A model generated the notes under the pieces. It searched no databases, was not told where the DNA came from, and saw only the letters and a program-made list of their open reading frames with translations. Shown here one piece after another: positions 5,224-7,888 of a stretch of 7,888 bases of DNA. This DNA is from Candidatus Auribacterota bacterium (lineage in GTDB: Bacteria > Auribacterota > UBA6266). The stretch is from contig JAGLRQ010000142.1 in NCBI GenBank assembly GCA_023136205.1, positions 1-7,888 on the forward strand, read 5' to 3'. Position 1 is the first letter of the stretch, and each line of letters opens with the position of its first letter. A program made the position numbers and the translations under genes.

Positions 5224-5241
5224 TTAATACTACTACTACTA
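5224..5241 (-). promoter_or_regulatory. DnaA-trio-like array: six consecutive 3'-NAT-5' trinucleotides (3'-AAT TAT GAT GAT GAT GAT-5' on the - strand)
   Basis: The + strand reads TTA ATA CTA CTA CTA CTA. A GC cluster, CACCCC at 5217..5222, precedes it and an AT-rich stretch follows. This is the same order (boxes, GC cluster, trios, AT-rich DNA, dnaN) that I recall for the B. subtilis dnaA-dnaN origin. Confidence 0.55.
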
Positions 5242-5280
5242 AAGATATTTATAAGTAATAGTATTTAGCAATATGAATTT
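5242..5280. other. AT-rich candidate DNA unwinding element (DUE) of oriC
   Basis: Only 6 G/C in 39 nt (5244, 5255, 5261, 5268, 5269, 5275). It lies immediately distal to the trio array and just upstream of the dnaN RBS. Confidence 0.45.
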
Positions 5281-5300
5281 TGTGGAAAAAGGAGGATACA

Positions 5301-6395
5301 ATGAAAATCTCATGCTCAAGGGATGCTCTTCTTTCTGGTATTCAGAGCACCCAGAGTATTGTAAGCACTAAAGGAGCGTTGCCGATTCTGTTAAATGTTC
5401 TTATAGAAACAGAAGGTGATGCTGTTTTTTTATCAACAACGGATCTTGAAATGGGAATAAAATGCAAGGTCGAAGCTAAGGTTAAAAAAAGCGGCGGTAC
5501 AACACTGCCGGCTAAAAAACTGTTGAGTATAGTTCGTGATTTTCCAGGGGATGTTATTGAAATTAATGTTACAGAAAATAATATAGCCACAATTGCCTCA
5601 AAGATGGATAACTTTAAAATAATGGGGCTTTCAAAGGATGATTTTCCCAAAATCCCGGCCTTTAAGGAAGGCGTTTCCATTGAGGTAAAGAAGAGTGTTC
5701 TGAAAGAACTTATACGTAAAACTTCTTACGCTGTTTCACAGGAAGAGACAAGGTATACGTTAAGTGGAATTTATATAAAAGTTAAAGATGGTTATATTAC
5801 ATTTGTCGCTACGGACGGCAGGAGGCTTGCTCTCGCGTCTGCTGAAGTGGGGGAAGACGGTGAAGATGAGAACGGTGTGATAGTTCCATCAAAAGCTATA
5901 AGCGAGCTTTCAAGAATGCTTGATGGTGATGGAAAGGTTACAATAAAGGTTTCTGAAAGCCAGATTGCCTTTGAGTTGGATAATATTCTTCTTGTGTCGA
6001 AACTTATAGAAGGGAAATTTCCGGATTATAATCAGGTTATACCGAAAAAATCAAAGGAGAGCGTGGTTTTTTTGAGAGAAGAGCTTCTTTCCGCGATAAA
6101 AAGGGCTTCGATACTTACCAGTGATAAATCAAGGTCTGTGAAGTTGATTTTTCTACAGGGTAAAATGCTTATAGAGGTGAATTCTCCCGATATAGGGGAA
6201 TATAGGGGGGAGGTTCCGCTTAATTATAAAGGCGATGAGGTAAAAATGGCGTTTAACCCGGATTTTCTTGTTAATGTTTTAAGGAATCTCAATGAAGAGG
6301 AAATTAATTTTGAATTCAGCGATTCTTTAAATCCCGGAGTAATAAAATCCGGAAAAAGCTTTATTTATGTAATTATGCCTATGAGGATATCCTAA
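5301..6395 (+). CDS. dnaN: DNA polymerase III beta sliding clamp
   Basis: MKISCSRDALLSGIQSTQSIVSTKGALPILLNVLIE is a typical DnaN N-terminus, and FVATDGRRLA and the C-terminal YVIMPMRI are typical DnaN signatures. AAGGAGG at 5289..5295 precedes ATG 5301. The track's TTG start at 5280 is an unsupported extension. The protein is 364 aa. Confidence 0.95.
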   Translation: MKISCSRDALLSGIQSTQSIVSTKGALPILLNVLIETEGDAVFLSTTDLEMGIKCKVEAKVKKSGGTTLPAKKLLSIVRDFPGDVIEINVTENNIATIASKMDNFKIMGLSKDDFPKIPAFKEGVSIEVKKSVLKELIRKTSYAVSQEETRYTLSGIYIKVKDGYITFVATDGRRLALASAEVGEDGEDENGVIVPSKAISELSRMLDGDGKVTIKVSESQIAFELDNILLVSKLIEGKFPDYNQVIPKKSKESVVFLREELLSAIKRASILTSDKSRSVKLIFLQGKMLIEVNSPDIGEYRGEVPLNYKGDEVKMAFNPDFLVNVLRNLNEEEINFEFSDSLNPGVIKSGKSFIYVIMPMRIS

Positions 6396-7481
6396 GTGAG
6401 GTTAAAATCTCTTGTATTAAGGGATTTTAGAAATTACAGGTCGCTGGATGTAGATTTTTCCGAGAATGTGAATATTTTGTGGGGGAAGAACGCGCAGGGA
6501 AAGACAAATATCCTCGAAGCGATTTATTTTCTTGCCACAGCAAGGTCATTTAGGACATTAGACAGAAGAAACCTTATTTTTTGGGATAAGGAAGGTTTTT
6601 TATTAAGCGGAACGGTTGTAAATGAAACAGAAAAGAATGTTAAAATAACATTCTTTAAAAATAAAAAAAGCGCGCAGATAAACAAAAGGCAGCTTAAGAA
6701 ACTTTCGGACCTTATTGGTGTTTTAAGAGTTGTTATTTTTACCCCTGAAGACATTTTTTTAATGAAGGGGTCTCCGCTTCAAAGAAGAAGATTTATTGAT
6801 ATATATTTATCTCAGGTGGATAAGAATTATATTGCTGCCTTACAAACTTTTAAGAAGATATTGATCAGGCGCAACAGCGAGATAAAAAGGAGAACCGGAG
6901 AAAAAACGCCGTTTCTATGGGATGAGCAGCTTTCTCAGCACTGCGCTTATATAATAAAAAGACGGCAGGAGGTAATAGAGGAGTTAAGTAAAGCCGCTTA
7001 CTCTTATCACCGTGAAATAACAAAGAATAAAGAGAGGTTAAAAATAGAGTATCAGCCTTCTATCAAAGTTAACGAGCCTGAAAAGGAAAATATTTTTAAA
7101 TATCTGGCCGAAAGAAGGAAAAAGGATATTGAGGAAGGCTACACCGCGAGAGGCCCTCACAGGGACGATATTAGTTTTATCGTTGACGGGAGGGACGCGA
7201 AGCTGTTTGGTTCCGAGGGCCAGCAGAGAAGCATAGCACTCTCACTGAAGAACGCGGAGTTTAACCTGATGTGCAAAGCTACCGGGGATGTTCCTTTGAT
7301 TCTCGCGGATGATGTCCTGCCGGTTTTAGATATGGAAAGAAGAAAGGCTTTTTTCCCCTCTATTGAGGGGAGGACTCAGATTTTTGTAAGCTCTACGGAT
7401 AAAAGAGACGTTGTAAATATTAAAGGCGACAAGAAGCTTTTTAGAGTATTTAGCGGAAATATTAATGAAGAAAGGTTATGA
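6396..7481 (+). CDS. recF: DNA replication and repair protein RecF
   Basis: LVLRDFRNY, Walker A GKNAQGKTNILEAIYFL, the signature GSEGQQRS and Walker B LILADD are all present. The GTG start at 6396 directly abuts the dnaN stop (TAA 6393..6395). Confidence 0.95.
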   Translation: MRLKSLVLRDFRNYRSLDVDFSENVNILWGKNAQGKTNILEAIYFLATARSFRTLDRRNLIFWDKEGFLLSGTVVNETEKNVKITFFKNKKSAQINKRQLKKLSDLIGVLRVVIFTPEDIFLMKGSPLQRRRFIDIYLSQVDKNYIAALQTFKKILIRRNSEIKRRTGEKTPFLWDEQLSQHCAYIIKRRQEVIEELSKAAYSYHREITKNKERLKIEYQPSIKVNEPEKENIFKYLAERRKKDIEEGYTARGPHRDDISFIVDGRDAKLFGSEGQQRSIALSLKNAEFNLMCKATGDVPLILADDVLPVLDMERRKAFFPSIEGRTQIFVSSTDKRDVVNIKGDKKLFRVFSGNINEERL

Positions 7482-7782
7482 GCCGATAGGAAGTATAGTT
7501 CAAAAGGCCTTAAAGAGAATTAATCTTGATAAAAGGCTTGAAGAATCTAAAATATTCGAAGAATGGGATGGAATAGTCGGGAAGGAAATATCACAACACG
7601 CTGTTCCGGATAAAATATACAAAAACATTCTTTTTGTAAGTGTCGACAGCCCCGTGTGGATGTCGGAGCTCAACACTTTTTTTAAAAGTAAAATCCTGGA
7701 TTCCCTTAGAGAGAAAACCGGATTGAGAAGCATTAAAAATATAAGGTTCAGGGTCAGTGATTTTGTAAAGGGCAAGAATTAG
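7465..7782 (+). CDS. DUF721 domain protein (DciA-like putative replicative helicase loader/operator)
   Basis: 105-aa ORF in the conserved recF-gyrB slot. Its sequence (WDGIVGKEISQHAVPDKIYKNILFVSVDSPVWMSELNTFFKSKILDSL) fits the DUF721 pattern. It overlaps the recF 3' end by 17 nt. Confidence 0.8.
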   Translation: MKKGYEPIGSIVQKALKRINLDKRLEESKIFEEWDGIVGKEISQHAVPDKIYKNILFVSVDSPVWMSELNTFFKSKILDSLREKTGLRSIKNIRFRVSDFVKGKN

Positions 7783-7805
7783 AATAAAAGAGGGATAATA
7801 AATTA

Positions 7806-7888
7806 ATGAAAAAGACAGAGCAACATCAATATGACGCGAGGACGATAAAAGTTCTTGGCGGAATAGAAGCTGTGAGGAAACGGCCCGC
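7806..7888 (+). CDS. gyrB: DNA gyrase subunit B (5' partial, runs off the window)
   Basis: ATG at 7806 gives MKKTEQHQYDARTIKVLGGIEAVRKRP, the canonical GyrB N-terminus (Y-D-x-x-x-I-x-V-L-x-G-L/I-E/D-A-V-R-K-R-P). The purine-rich AGAGGG upstream is a possible RBS. Confidence 0.9.
   Translation, partial: MKKTEQHQYDARTIKVLGGIEAVRKRP

Noticed and set aside
5228-5239. (TAC)4 as a simple trinucleotide microsatellite or phase-variation tract upstream of dnaN
   Set aside because: Its position between a GC cluster and AT-rich DNA in the dnaA-dnaN spacer, and the fact that the flanking TTA and ATA continue the same 3'-NAT-5' phase, fit a DnaA-trio better. Phase variation of an essential clamp gene is implausible. 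The SSR reading remains the null hypothesis for the trio finding.
1-7888. Search for mobile elements, CRISPR repeats, tRNA/rRNA genes, toxin-antitoxin pairs or defence-like genes
   Set aside because: The window has no long terminal or direct repeats, no regularly spaced repeat-spacer pattern, no cloverleaf-like or rRNA-like segments, and no transposase, integrase or nuclease-like ORFs. Every ORF over 60 aa is either a recognisable housekeeping gene or its antisense shadow.

Overview
This window is the chromosomal replication-origin neighbourhood of an AT-rich bacterium, and I cannot assign a lineage from sequence alone. All convincing genes are on the + strand. In order they are: a possible 3' end of an upstream CDS, a PPC/DUF296 protein, a HAD-IA hydrolase, the parvulin PPIase ppiC, a 66-aa CspA-family cold-shock protein and a nitronate-monooxygenase/FabK-like flavoenzyme. 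Then come a 536-bp non-coding region (3163..3698) with two perfect DnaA boxes, dnaA, and a 255-bp non-coding region (5046..5300) with two more DnaA boxes, a DnaA-trio-like array and an AT-rich stretch. The window ends with dnaN, recF, a DUF721/DciA-like protein and the 5' end of gyrB. All minus-strand ORFs in the track look like antisense shadows of these genes. I see no tRNA, rRNA, CRISPR array, transposase, integrase or defence-like gene, and no evidence of a novel multi-gene system; the coding content is ordinary housekeeping. The parts worth a second look are non-coding. They are a two-part oriC flanking dnaA with a clean trinucleotide DnaA-trio next to dnaN, a recurrent helically phased TTGTTAA motif in both origin halves, and an unusual csp leader (consensus promoter, an 11-bp palindrome over the -10, and an internal hairpin plus T-tract). 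Smaller protein-level oddities are a CX3CX3CX7C motif in the NMO-like enzyme and a PVLD D-loop in RecF. All homology calls rest on my recognition of motifs in the translated ORFs; no searches were run.
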